DNA of 24,055 nucleotides from Deinococcaceae bacterium (GTDB taxonomy: Bacteria; Deinococcota; Deinococci; Deinococcales; Trueperaceae). The DNA lies in NCBI GenBank assembly GCA_040256005.1, contig JBDZWC010000036.1, positions 1-24,055 of the forward strand, given 5' to 3'. Below the pieces are notes generated by a model. The model was not told the DNA's origin, did not search any database, and was given only the letters and a program-made list of their open reading frames with translations. This document shows, one piece after another, positions 1 through 9,276 of the stretch; positions within the stretch are counted from its first letter, which is position 1, and each line of letters begins with the position of its first letter. A program made the translations under genes and the position numbers.

Positions 1-1279
1 GGTACGCGGCCGGAACCCGCCCCGGAGCCCAGTCGTCGAGGAAGCTGGCGAACGCGGCCTCGCCTTCGGCCACGGCTAGACGCGTGTCATGCAGCCAAGC
101 CTCGGCCCCGTTCTCGGTGGCCGGGTCCGCGAAGCTCGCCATGATGCTGAACAGCAGGCGCCTGTCGCGATGGGCGTAGGCCGTGGCGTCGACCGGCACG
201 CGGGCGACGGCGCCGCCCAGCGGTCTGAGTTGCACGGCGCGCATCCCCGTAGCCGGCACGTCGATCGCCGCCAGGACGGCAGACGCGGCTGCGGTGTCCC
301 ACCGGTCGCGGAAGCCGGTGGCGAAGCGCGCGCTCATGGGCTCGCTGGGCGGCTCCTCGAGCAGACTCGGGTAGGGCATCATGTCGAACGCGGCCATGAC
401 GGGCGTGCCCGTCGCCAGCAGTGGAGCCAGCGCGGCTTCGCCCGCCGACCTGTCTCCGATGAAGCACGCCTTGACGATCGCGATGGGCTTGCCATGGGCC
501 TCGGGCGGGAGGAACGGCACAGGCGGAGCCTTGAGGACCATGATGATCGTGGTCAGGGCGTCGGGCGCCTCCAGAGCCGCGGCCACCAGCCCGTGCACCG
601 TCTCCGGTGTCGCCGGCAGCACCAGCGTCCCGCCGTAGACCTGAGGCACCTCCTGCAGCCGGTAGTCGAGGCGCGTGACGACCCCGAAGTTGCCGCCGCC
701 CCCGCGCAAGGCCCAGAAGAGGTCGGGGTGGGAATCGGGCCCGACCTGCAACTGGCGACCGTCGGCCGTCACGACCTCGGCGCCCAGCAGGCTGTCGACC
801 GTCAGCCCATGCAGGCGGCTGAGGAAGCCCACGCCGCCGCCCAGTGTCAGGCCTGCGATGCCCACGGTCGGGGTGTCACCGAAGCCAGTGGCGAGGCCGT
901 GCAACGCGGCGGCGTCGGTGTACTCGCCGGCGGTGAGGCCCGCCTGCGCCGCGGCCGTCCGGCCCGCCACGTCGAGCTTCAGGGCCTTTAGCTCCCTCGT
1001 GTCGATGACCACGACACCGTCGCCGGCGGCCAGCGCCGCCGGGCTGTGCCCGCCGCCGCGCACCGCGAACGGCACCCCTTCACCCACCAGGCGCTCCACC
1101 GCTGTCCTGACCGCCTCGGGCGTGCGCGGCCTGAGTATCGCGACGGGTCGCGGATCCACGCGTGGGAACGCCAGTGCACGCGTAGCGTCGTAGTGCGGAT
1201 CGCCCGGCCAGATCACGCCGCCGTCCAGGTGTCTCTCGATCGTCTCGACCTTCGTCGTGAGGTCCGATGCTGGGATCAT
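1..1279 (-). CDS. FAD-binding oxidoreductase, berberine-bridge-enzyme/VAO-PCMH family (runs off the window; 3' end missing)
   Basis: Not in the ORF track because it has no stop in the window. Manual translation from the ATG at 1279 gives MIPASDLTTKVETIERHLDGGVIWPGDPHYDATR...FAVRGGGHS...VGIAGLTLGGGVGFLSRLHGLTVDSLLGAEVVTADG...DLFWALRGGGGNFGVVT. The RGGGH and GGGxNFGVVT motifs are diagnostic. GGAGG Shine-Dalgarno at about 1285-1289. Confidence 0.93.
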   Translation of the reverse strand, partial: MIPASDLTTKVETIERHLDGGVIWPGDPHYDATRALAFPRVDPRPVAILRPRTPEAVRTAVERLVGEGVPFAVRGGGHSPAALAAGDGVVVIDTRELKALKLDVAGRTAAAQAGLTAGEYTDAAALHGLATGFGDTPTVGIAGLTLGGGVGFLSRLHGLTVDSLLGAEVVTADGRQLQVGPDSHPDLFWALRGGGGNFGVVTRLDYRLQEVPQVYGGTLVLPATPETVHGLVAAALEAPDALTTIIMVLKAPPVPFLPPEAHGKPIAIVKACFIGDRSAGEAALAPLLATGTPVMAAFDMMPYPSLLEEPPSEPMSARFATGFRDRWDTAAASAVLAAIDVPATGMRAVQLRPLGGAVARVPVDATAYAHRDRRLLFSIMASFADPATENGAEAWLHDTRLAVAEGEAAFASFLDDWAPGRVPAAY

Positions 1280-1327
1280 CCTCACCTCCAACGGCGGTAG
1301 CTTTCCCCCGCTTCCGCCGGCTGGCAG

Positions 1328-1357
1328 AACATATGTCATCGAAGCCTTAGATGTCAA
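1328..1357 (-). promoter_or_regulatory. Sigma70-type promoter for the oxidoreductase
   Basis: Perfect TTGACA on the minus strand at 1352-1357 and TATGTT at 1328-1333 (18-nt spacer). Confidence 0.6.
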
Positions 1358-1373
1358 ACGCTTAGGCGCCTAA
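1347..1373. promoter_or_regulatory. Tandem palindromic MarR/SlyA-type operators
   Basis: Perfect palindrome TTAGGCGCCTAA (1362-1373) and an imperfect copy TTAGATGTCAAA (1347-1358), lying between divergent genes, one of which is a MarR regulator. Confidence 0.65.
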
Positions 1374-1394
1374 TCGCGCGGTATACTCGTCCCC

Positions 1395-1844
1395 ATGGGA
1401 AACGAGGGTATGGAGATGCCCATTGGACGCGTCCTCTGGGACACCGTTCAGGCCCTCCACCGAGAGTTCGACGCTCAATTGGCGCGCGCCGGCGGCTCGC
1501 GACCGGTGTGGTTCATCCTCCTGGCGCTGTGCAGCGGGCCGGTCGCCAGCCAACGCGAGCTGGCGGAGCGCGTCGGTATCCAGGACGCCACGCTGACGCA
1601 TCACCTCGCCACGCTGGAGGCGGCGGGCGTGATACGCCGGTTCCGGTCGCCGGAGAACCGGCGGGTCCACCGGATCGAGATCACCAAGGACGGCGTGGCC
1701 CTGTTCCAGCGGCTGCGGGACGCCGCGGCCGCGTTCGATGGGCGCATGCGTCAGGGTGTGCCCGACAGCGAGGTGTCCGCGCTGCGGGCCGTGCTGAAGC
1801 GCTTCGTCGCCAACGTGACCGAGCCCGTGAACGACCCGGCCTGA
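1395..1844 (+). CDS. MarR/SlyA-family transcriptional regulator
   Basis: 149 aa with winged HTH SQRELAERVGIQDATLTHHLATLEAAGVIRR and wing ENRR. TATACT (1382-1387) lies 7 nt before the ATG. Confidence 0.92.
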   Translation: MGNEGMEMPIGRVLWDTVQALHREFDAQLARAGGSRPVWFILLALCSGPVASQRELAERVGIQDATLTHHLATLEAAGVIRRFRSPENRRVHRIEITKDGVALFQRLRDAAAAFDGRMRQGVPDSEVSALRAVLKRFVANVTEPVNDPA

Positions 1845-1869
1845 TCGGCCGGAGACGTAGGATCCTGCA

Positions 1870-3723
1870 GTGAAGCGCACCGATCTCCCGGTCCTGCCGC
1901 AGCAGCCCGGTTGTTACCTCTTCGTGGACGCGAACGGCCGCGTCATCTACGTGGGCAAGGCCAAGAGCCTGCGCAGTCGCGTGCGCAGCTACTTCGGCAA
2001 GTACGCCGGGCAGAAGTCTCGGCTCCTGACCCGAGACGCCGTCGCGGTGGAGTTCATCGTCACGGCTGACGAGGTCGAGGCCCTCATCCTCGAGGCCAAC
2101 CTCATCAAGCGGCACCAGCCGCACTTCAACGTCCTGCTCAAGGACGACAAGTCGTACCCGTTCCTGAAGCTCACGAACGAGCGTTACCCCACGCTGATCC
2201 TCACCAGGCGCGTGGTCAAGGACGGTGGCACCTACTTCGGGCCCTACCCCAGCGCCGGGTCCGTCCGGCGCGTGATGGACCTCGTCTACAGCGTGTTCAA
2301 GCTGCGGAAGAACTCCGGGGTGCCCATGCAGAAGCGCAAGCGCCCCTGCCTGCGCTACCACATGGGCCGCTGCTTCGCGCCCTGCGTGAACGAGGTCGAC
2401 GACGCCGAGTACCAGCGCGTGGTGGCCCAGGTGAAAGCCTTCCTCGAGGGCCGGGTGGGCGACGTCCTGAGCGAGATGGAGGAGGGCATGCGGGCGGCCG
2501 CGACCAGGCAGGACTTCGAGCTGGCTGCCACCTACCGCGACCGGCTCGACGCGGTCAAACGCGTGACCGGCTACGACTCCAGCGTCGTCCACGGCGAGGC
2601 CGACGACCTGGACTTCCTGGGTCTGGCGAAGGGCGGCAACTTCGCGATGGTGCAGCTGTTCCAGATGCGCGGCGGCCGCGTCGTGGGACGCGACAAGCGC
2701 TTCCTGCAGGGCGCGGAGAACGCCAGCGACGTCGAGATCCTCGAGGCCTTCATGGCCGACTACTACGGCAGGGCGATGCAGATCCCGCCGCTGGTCCTGC
2801 TGCCGCGGAGCGAGATGGACATGAGCGTCTGGTCCGATTACCTCTCGAGCCGCGCCGGCCGGCGCGTGGAGCTGAGGGCCCCACGGCGCGGCGACAAGGT
2901 GGAGCTCGTGGAGATGGCGGTGCGGAACGCCGCTACCGGCCTCGAGGCCGAGATCGCCCTGTTGGAGCGGCGCGGCGAGGCCCCGGGCGTGAGCGAGCTG
3001 CAGAACCTGCTCGAGCTCGAGAACGCTCCCTGGCGCATCGAGGGCTTCGACATCTCGAACCTCATGGGCGAGCACACCGTCGCCAGCGTCGTCGTCTTCG
3101 AGGGCGGCAGGGCCAAGCGGAGCGACTACCGACGCCTGCGCATCCGCGACCCGCAGCGCTCGGACGACTACTACGCGATGAACCAGGCGGTGAGGCGGCG
3201 CTTCACCGGCACGCTCGCGGACAAGATGCCGCTGCCGGACCTGCTGCTCATAGACGGCGGGAAAGGCCAGATGAGCGCCGCGAAGAAGGCGTTGGAGGAA
3301 GCCGGGCTCGAGATCCCCCTGGTGGGCCTGGCCAAGAAGCAGGAGACGTTGATCCTTGAGAACGGCGAGGACCTGTTGGTGCCGCTGTCCCACCCCGCTC
3401 TGAAGCTGCTCATCAACGTCAGGGACGAGGCGCACAGGGTAGCCGTGGGCTACAACCGACAGCGTCGCGGCAAGGCCCTCACGAGGAGCGTACTCGACGA
3501 CGTGCCCGGCATCGGACCCAAGCGGCGCGACGCCTTGCTGGCCCACTTCTCGAGCGTCGACGAGCTCAGGACGGCTGACCTGGGCACGTTGGCCGCCGTG
3601 CCCGGCGTCGGTCAGGCGGCGGCGCGAGCCGTCAAGGACTACTTCGCCACGGCGGCCGAGCCGTCTCGCGAGGCGCGCCGAGGCCCAGCTAACACACAGG
3701 AACTGGGCGGCCCTCAGACGTAG
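1870..3723 (+). CDS. uvrC: Excinuclease ABC subunit C
   Basis: GIY-YIG N-terminus (PGCYLF...[28 protein letters not shown]), UVR domain (FELAATYRD), RNase H-like domain ([21 protein letters not shown]) and C-terminal HhH motifs (PGIGPKR, PGVG). Confidence 0.98.
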   Translation: MKRTDLPVLPQQPGCYLFVDANGRVIYVGKAKSLRSRVRSYFGKYAGQKSRLLTRDAVAVEFIVTADEVEALILEANLIKRHQPHFNVLLKDDKSYPFLKLTNERYPTLILTRRVVKDGGTYFGPYPSAGSVRRVMDLVYSVFKLRKNSGVPMQKRKRPCLRYHMGRCFAPCVNEVDDAEYQRVVAQVKAFLEGRVGDVLSEMEEGMRAAATRQDFELAATYRDRLDAVKRVTGYDSSVVHGEADDLDFLGLAKGGNFAMVQLFQMRGGRVVGRDKRFLQGAENASDVEILEAFMADYYGRAMQIPPLVLLPRSEMDMSVWSDYLSSRAGRRVELRAPRRGDKVELVEMAVRNAATGLEAEIALLERRGEAPGVSELQNLLELENAPWRIEGFDISNLMGEHTVASVVVFEGGRAKRSDYRRLRIRDPQRSDDYYAMNQAVRRRFTGTLADKMPLPDLLLIDGGKGQMSAAKKALEEAGLEIPLVGLAKKQETLILENGEDLLVPLSHPALKLLINVRDEAHRVAVGYNRQRRGKALTRSVLDDVPGIGPKRRDALLAHFSSVDELRTADLGTLAAVPGVGQAAARAVKDYFATAAEPSREARRGPANTQELGGPQT

Positions 3724-3758
3724 GAGGCAGCCCAAGACCCTGGGGCCGCTTGGCCGGG

Positions 3759-4310
3759 TCAGCCGGCGGTAACCACGGGGGCCTTGCCGGCCTGCAGCTC
3801 TCGCCAGGCCGACCGCGTCAGCTCCATGAAGACGTCCACGCGCCCGCTGTGGCCGGTCCGCCGCCGTACCTCGTGGAAGCCGACCTTCTTGAAAGCGGCC
3901 TGCGCACGCTCGTTGTCACCGAAGGTCTCGAGCCGCACCAGGTCCAGGCCCAGGTGCGAGAACGCGTACACGAGCAGCGCGCGCATCGCCTCGGGGCCGT
4001 AGCCCTTCGACCAGTGCGTCTTCTCGCCGATGATGATGCCCAGCGTCGCCGAGCCCGCCCTGACGTCGTAGAGCTCGGTCGTGCCGATGAACTCGTCGCG
4101 CTCGTCGAAGATGCCGAAGGTAGCCCTGTCGTGGCGCTGCGCGTCGGCCTTCAGCAGGCGCTTGAGCAGCCACAGGGGCATGCGGTTGGGCGGCGTGCCG
4201 TTCAGGTACGAGATCTCGGGGTCGCGGAAGTGGCTCTGCAGCCGACGCCAGTCCTGCTCGGTGAACTCATCGAGCGGGCGCAAGGTCACCCTGCCCCAGG
4301 CGGGCCTCAT
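3759..4310 (-). CDS. GNAT N-acetyltransferase, RimJ/RimL family
   Basis: 183 aa; LGIIIGEKTHWSKGYG acetyl-CoA motif and NERAQAAFKKVGF. Confidence 0.9.
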   Translation of the reverse strand: MRPAWGRVTLRPLDEFTEQDWRRLQSHFRDPEISYLNGTPPNRMPLWLLKRLLKADAQRHDRATFGIFDERDEFIGTTELYDVRAGSATLGIIIGEKTHWSKGYGPEAMRALLVYAFSHLGLDLVRLETFGDNERAQAAFKKVGFHEVRRRTGHSGRVDVFMELTRSAWRELQAGKAPVVTAG

Positions 4311-4372
4311 GCGTGAGAGTCTACTCGCTGAAGAACCCGCATCCGCGCACTGGCCTTATACTCCGGACTTAC

Positions 4373-5335
4373 ATGAACACCGGACCAGTCGCGGGAAACG
4401 CCGCAGAAGCGTTCCAGGAGAAGTTCCGCCGGCTCTCGACCGGGATCTCGAGCGTGATCCTCGGCCAGGAGGCCGTCGTCGAGGAGCTGCTCGTCGCCGC
4501 GCTGGCGCGGGGGCACGCGCTCGTCGAGGGCGTGCCGGGGCTCGGCAAGACCATGCTCGTCAAAGCGTTCGCCGAGGCCACCGACCTGGCGTTCGCCCGC
4601 ATACAGTTCACGCCCGACCTCATGCCGGCCGACGTCACAGGCACCACGGTGTTCGTAGAGGGCAGGTCGGCGTTCGAGTTCCAGGCGGGGCCCATCTTCG
4701 CGAACGTCCTGCTGGCAGACGAGATCAACCGCGCCACCCCCAAGTCGCAGTCCGCCCTGCTGGAGGCCATGCAGGAGCGGGCGGTGACGGTGGCGGGAGA
4801 GCGTCACGACCTGCCCGAGCCGTTCATGGTGTTGGCCACCCAGAACCCCCTGGAGATGGAGGGCACGTACCCCCTCCCCGAGGCCCAGCTGGACCGCTTC
4901 ATGTTCAAGATCCTCGTGAAGCGGCCCGACGCCGCCACGCTCCAGCGCATCCTCGTGGTCACCACCGGCTCCTCAGAGGGTCATGTGGGCCAGGTCTTCA
5001 CTCGGGACGAGCTGCTCACCCTGCAGAGGATGCTGCGCTCCGTGCCGGTGGCCGAGTCCGGCCTCGAGTACGTCGTGCGCCTCGTCGAGGCCACGCATCA
5101 GCACCCGCTCGTGCGACTGGGCGCCAGCCCCCGCGGTGCGCAGGCCGTGACCCTGGCCGCGAAGGGCTTCGCGCTGGCGGCGGGCAGGCCGAACGTCGAG
5201 ATCGAGGACATCCGCCGCGCCGTGCTGCCCGCCCTGCGTCACAGGCTCATGCTCAGCTTCGAGGCCGAGGTCGAGGGCGCCGAGCCCGACACCATCCTCC
5301 AAGAGGTCATCCAGGGCCTCGACAAGAAGCGCTGA
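4373..5335 (+). CDS. MoxR-family AAA+ ATPase
   Basis: GVPGLGKT Walker A, RIQFTPDLMPADVTG, LLADEINRA Walker B, ATQNPLEMEGTYPLPEAQLDRF, GASPR. Start placed at ATG 4373, downstream of TATACT (4357-4362), rather than at 4313. Confidence 0.95.
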   Translation: MNTGPVAGNAAEAFQEKFRRLSTGISSVILGQEAVVEELLVAALARGHALVEGVPGLGKTMLVKAFAEATDLAFARIQFTPDLMPADVTGTTVFVEGRSAFEFQAGPIFANVLLADEINRATPKSQSALLEAMQERAVTVAGERHDLPEPFMVLATQNPLEMEGTYPLPEAQLDRFMFKILVKRPDAATLQRILVVTTGSSEGHVGQVFTRDELLTLQRMLRSVPVAESGLEYVVRLVEATHQHPLVRLGASPRGAQAVTLAAKGFALAAGRPNVEIEDIRRAVLPALRHRLMLSFEAEVEGAEPDTILQEVIQGLDKKR

Positions 5336-5348
5336 CCCCACTCCCGCC

Positions 5349-6224
5349 GTGCTGAGCGCCCGCAGCCGCGCCTTGCTCGACCGCTACGCCATCGCCTCCC
5401 GGGCGTTGGCGACGGTGAGCGGTGAGCGCAGCAGCCGCGACCCGGGGCAGGGCGTCGAGTTCCTCGACTTCCGGCCCTACCAGCCCGGCGACGAGCTGCG
5501 CTACGCCGACTGGCGTGCCTACGCCCGCACCGGTCGCCTCTACACGCGGCTCTACCAGGCGGAGAGAGCCGTGCGCCTGCACCTCATCGTCGACGACTCC
5601 GAGAGCATGAGGGTGGGCGGCAAACGCGCCTACGCCCGCACGCTCGCTCAGCTCATCAGCTACGTCGCGCAGCGCGACGCCCCTACTCAGGTCCACCGTG
5701 TGTCGGGCGGAAGCAGCCGTCAGTCGCAGGGCAGGGCGGCCATGCGTCAGACGTGGGCGTTCATCGACGAGTCGACCGGTGCCCGCGGGAGCGGCCCCGT
5801 CAGCGGGCTCAAGTCCTTCGCGCTCGGCTTGGCGCCGCAGCGCGGCAGCGGGCTGGCGATCGTCATCTCGGACCTGTTCGAGGACGCCCCGCTCAGGCCG
5901 GCCCTATCGGCGCTCAAGGCCAGGGGCCTCGACGCGGCGTTCCTCCAGGTCGTGGCCCACGAGGACCTCGACCCGCCGCGCGGCGAGCTCGAGGTCCACG
6001 ATGTCGAGACCGACGAGCGTCGCCCCGCCGGACCGGACGAGGTGGACGCCTACCGCCGGGAGGTCAGGCGCTTCCTCGACCGCACGCGCGGGTCGGTCCT
6101 CAGGGCCGGCTTCAGGCACATCCTGCTCGTCGGACCGGAGGGCGGCGAGGGCACCTCCACGCTAGAGCTCGAGAAACGGGCCTTCGCGGACCTACTGAAG
6201 GTCGGGGTGCTGGTGAAGAGGTGA
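5349..6224 (+). CDS. DUF58 domain protein (MoxR-associated)
   Basis: GQGVEFLDFRPYQPGDELRYADWRAYAR signature, MIDAS-like DDSESM, IVISD; directly follows MoxR. Confidence 0.92.
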   Translation: MLSARSRALLDRYAIASRALATVSGERSSRDPGQGVEFLDFRPYQPGDELRYADWRAYARTGRLYTRLYQAERAVRLHLIVDDSESMRVGGKRAYARTLAQLISYVAQRDAPTQVHRVSGGSSRQSQGRAAMRQTWAFIDESTGARGSGPVSGLKSFALGLAPQRGSGLAIVISDLFEDAPLRPALSALKARGLDAAFLQVVAHEDLDPPRGELEVHDVETDERRPAGPDEVDAYRREVRRFLDRTRGSVLRAGFRHILLVGPEGGEGTSTLELEKRAFADLLKVGVLVKR

Positions 6225-7027
6225 GCCTCAGGATCATCGGCACCAGGCTCGCCGCCGGCCTCCAAGTGCTGCGCGAGCTCGACAGGGGCGTGTCCTCTCG
6301 CGTCTACCTGGCCAGCGACGGCAAGCGGCTGGCCGCGCTCAAGCTCTTCCGGGAGCAGGACGCCTGGCGCGCCGCGCGCGAACTGGAGGTGGGCAGGGGG
6401 CTCGACCACCCGCACCTGAACGCCGTCGACGAGGCCGTGACCGTGCTGGGCCGACCGGGACTGCTCATGCCTCTCGTCCTCGGTGTGCGCTACACCCGCT
6501 GGGCCGACAAGGAGGCGAACCTCGGTCAGCGGCTGGTCGCCCTCGCGGGCGTAGCCGAGGCCATCGCCCACCTGCATTCACGCGGCGTCGTGCACCGCGA
6601 CGTCAAGCCCGAGAACATCCTCGTGGACGCACGCGGGCACGCGAAGCTGCTCGACTACGACCTCGCCGCCCGCGTCGACGACCCCAAGCCCGGCCCCGCC
6701 GTGGCCGGGACCATCGCCTACCTCAGCCCGGAGCAGGCGCGGGGCCAGACGGCCGTTCCCGCCTCGGACGTCTACGGGCTGGGGGCCGTGGCCTACCGGG
6801 CCATCACCGGCCAAGCGCCCTTCACGGGCGAGGCCGACGAGGTGCTGAGGGCCCACGCCGAGGCCGCTCCACCGCTGCCGTCCGCGGTCAGGCGCGACCT
6901 CGAGCCGTTCGACGACCTGGTGAGCGCGCTCATGGCCAAGCCTCTTGCGGCCCGCCCCACGGCGCGAGAGGCGGCCGAGGGGCTGAAGGCGGCTTCCCTT
7001 ATGATTGGCCGCGTGACCGACCCATGA
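6221..7027 (+). CDS. Hanks-type Ser/Thr protein kinase (stand-alone catalytic domain)
   Basis: 3' part of ORF 5753..7027. The GTG at 6221 overlaps the DUF58 stop (GTGA). Motifs AALK, HRDVKPEN, DYD (DFG position), YLSPE, SDVYGLG. Confidence 0.9.
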   Translation: MSLRIIGTRLAAGLQVLRELDRGVSSRVYLASDGKRLAALKLFREQDAWRAARELEVGRGLDHPHLNAVDEAVTVLGRPGLLMPLVLGVRYTRWADKEANLGQRLVALAGVAEAIAHLHSRGVVHRDVKPENILVDARGHAKLLDYDLAARVDDPKPGPAVAGTIAYLSPEQARGQTAVPASDVYGLGAVAYRAITGQAPFTGEADEVLRAHAEAAPPLPSAVRRDLEPFDDLVSALMAKPLAARPTAREAAEGLKAASLMIGRVTDP

Positions 7028-9273
7028 GCGACCGCCTCGTCGTCGTCGCGCTGGCGCTCGTGGCCGCGGTCGCCCTCATCGTCGCCCCGTGGGGCGCGGT
7101 CAACCGCGAGACGGGCGCACGCAGCGCCCTCCTGTTGCTGCCTGACCGGTACATCGATTTCACGGGTCGCACGGACCCGGTCCCGTTCCCCCAGGGCAGC
7201 GCGGTCCTGATCATCACGGCAGTGGGTGCCGCCGCGGCGGCCGCCGGAGCGGCCGCTCCTGGCAAGGCGCGCTACGCGCTGTGGTTGGCAGCGGCCATCC
7301 TGCTCATCGGCGGCACGATCTGGGGCCTGGCTCGCTTCGGCGACGCCACTCAGGCCGCCAGGGCCGCGGCGGTGCGCACGGAGGTCGAGGCCGCGATCGC
7401 CGATCCCTCACCCAGGCAGGACCCGGAGGTCCTCCGCGAGGCGCTGTCCGCGTTCGACGACCGCACGCTGGCCGAGAACATCGCCGCCGTGCACACCGGC
7501 GGCCTCGTGATCAGACGGCTGCCGTACACCAACACGGGTCCCGGCTGGGCGGCCTTCCTCGCCGTCTTCGTCGGGATCGTGACCGGGGTCGCCGGCTTGC
7601 GCGTGGGGCCGCGGCTGCGTCGCGGCATCGACGCGTTCCTGCGCGGGGCGGCGGTGCCCGGCATCTCTATCCTCCTCGCGCTGGCCGCGGCGGCCGTGGT
7701 GATCCTGCTCCTGCAACCCACCCCTGTCGGCGCCGGCGTGGCTCCCGCCGGTTTCGGGGCCCTGGTGGGTCGGCTGGACACCCTCTGGTACGCGTACTAC
7801 ACGATGTTCCACGACGCGCTCGGCACCGTTGGCGGTTTCGCCGAGTCGCTCAAGCTCGCCACGCCGCTCATCTTCACGGGGCTGGCCGTGGCGTTCGGTT
7901 TCCAGGCCGGGCTCTTCAACATCGGTGCCCCGGGTCAGATGGTGCTGGGCGCTATCGGGGCCATGCTGGTGGGCGTCTACCTGCCCGGCCCGCGATTGCT
8001 CGTCCTGCCCGCGGCGGTGCTGGGCGCGTTCGTTGGCGGCGCCCTGTGGGGTGCGCTGCCCGGGTGGCTCAAGGCCCGCTTCGGTGCGAACGAGGTCATC
8101 ACGACGATCCTGCTCAACTTCGTCGCGGCCTCGGCGCTGCTGTTCATCCTCTCGTCCGGGAACGTCTTCGCGGCTGCCGCTCTGCGGATCCTCACGATCA
8201 TCGGCCTCTTCGCCGTGGCCGCCTTGGTACTGGCGCTCATCCCGCCGGTCAGACGGGCGGTCGTGCGCGCTCCGCGCGTGGTGCTGGCGGTAGCCGGCGT
8301 AGCGCTGCTCGCAGGCTGCGTGGTCGCCGGCCAGCCGCGCCCTGGTGACGCTCCCATCACCGTGCAGATGCCCTTCAAGGTCCCTGGCAACGAGCCCAAG
8401 TCGCGCCCTCTGAACCTCGAGGCCCGGCTGCCCCAGCTGCCCGCCATGGTGGGCGTCGACACCCGTACCTCGCCCGGCACGAACGTCGTGCGCATCGACT
8501 ACGCCCGGCTCCTGGCCCCCCTGCTCGCGCTGGCCGCCGTGTTCGTTCTCGGGCGCTGGCGGCGCTTCCGGCGCTGGTTGCCACGGTTGCTCGCGGCCCT
8601 CGGCATAGGGGTGGTCGCGTACCTGCTCCTCACCCTGTTCGGTCTGGGCAGGGTACCTACCGCGATACCGCCGACGAACCTCAACGCCTCGTTCTTCATA
8701 GCGATCCTCGCCGCCGGCGTCATCTACGTGCTGCTGTTCAAGACTCGGTTCGGCTACGAGGTGCGCGCGGTGGGCCTGGCTCCGGGCGCTGCCGAGTACG
8801 GCGGGGCGAACATCGGCGCCACGACGATCATCACGATGGCGATCTCCGGCGGTCTGGCCGGCCTGACGGCCGCCCACTACGTGCTGGGTGGAGCGCTCGA
8901 GGACTACGCTCTCAGGCAGTCGATCCCCACCAACGACGGCTTCGACGGCATCGCCGTCGCGCTCCTGGCCGGTAACCACCCGTTCGGCATCCTGCTCTCG
9001 GCGCTGCTGTTCGGCGTGATGAAGTACGGCGGCTCCGTCCTCAACATCACGTTCCCCAACCTCACCCGCGAGGTCGTCAGCATGATCCTCGCCCTGGTGG
9101 TGCTGTTCATCGCCGCGCGCGGCTTCCTTCCCCGCGCCTTCGTCAACCCCACCTTCCGGCGGCGGATCGCCCACGCCGGGCAGCGCGACACCGTCGAGGG
9201 CGAGGCGCCGCAGCCCATCGAGTCGCCCGGCACGGCCGTGGACCAGGGCGGCCCGGCGGGGGAGGGGGCGTAG
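7024..9273 (+). CDS. ABC transporter permease, nucleoside/sugar (BPD_transp_2, NupB/YufP-like), extended
   Basis: TPLIFTGLAVAFGFQAGLFNIGAPGQ, NEVITTILLN, TRFGYEVRAVG, ISGGLAGL, GFDGIAVALL. ATGA overlap with the kinase stop. Confidence 0.88.
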   Translation: MSDRLVVVALALVAAVALIVAPWGAVNRETGARSALLLLPDRYIDFTGRTDPVPFPQGSAVLIITAVGAAAAAAGAAAPGKARYALWLAAAILLIGGTIWGLARFGDATQAARAAAVRTEVEAAIADPSPRQDPEVLREALSAFDDRTLAENIAAVHTGGLVIRRLPYTNTGPGWAAFLAVFVGIVTGVAGLRVGPRLRRGIDAFLRGAAVPGISILLALAAAAVVILLLQPTPVGAGVAPAGFGALVGRLDTLWYAYYTMFHDALGTVGGFAESLKLATPLIFTGLAVAFGFQAGLFNIGAPGQMVLGAIGAMLVGVYLPGPRLLVLPAAVLGAFVGGALWGALPGWLKARFGANEVITTILLNFVAASALLFILSSGNVFAAAALRILTIIGLFAVAALVLALIPPVRRAVVRAPRVVLAVAGVALLAGCVVAGQPRPGDAPITVQMPFKVPGNEPKSRPLNLEARLPQLPAMVGVDTRTSPGTNVVRIDYARLLAPLLALAAVFVLGRWRRFRRWLPRLLAALGIGVVAYLLLTLFGLGRVPTAIPPTNLNASFFIAILAAGVIYVLLFKTRFGYEVRAVGLAPGAAEYGGANIGATTIITMAISGGLAGLTAAHYVLGGALEDYALRQSIPTNDGFDGIAVALLAGNHPFGILLSALLFGVMKYGGSVLNITFPNLTREVVSMILALVVLFIAARGFLPRAFVNPTFRRRIAHAGQRDTVEGEAPQPIESPGTAVDQGGPAGEGA

Positions 9274-9276
9274 GCG

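Noticed and set aside
89..1300. Plus-strand ORFs 89..991, 675..1193 and 1046..1300
   Set aside because: Antisense shadows of the minus-strand FAD oxidoreductase, which the ORF track missed; they have no motifs.
1845..1869. DdrO/RDRM or LexA box upstream of uvrC (also looked for at ruvA)
   Set aside because: No matching AT-rich palindrome is visible; ruvA has no intergenic region of its own.
1681..3735. 684-aa minus-strand ORF
   Set aside because: Antisense mirror of uvrC; long stop-free shadow frames are expected at high GC3.
5753..6220. N-terminal 156 aa of the 424-aa kinase ORF
   Set aside because: Overlaps DUF58 in another frame and is Arg/Gly/Pro-rich noise; the GTGA-coupled start at 6221 fits the kinase domain.
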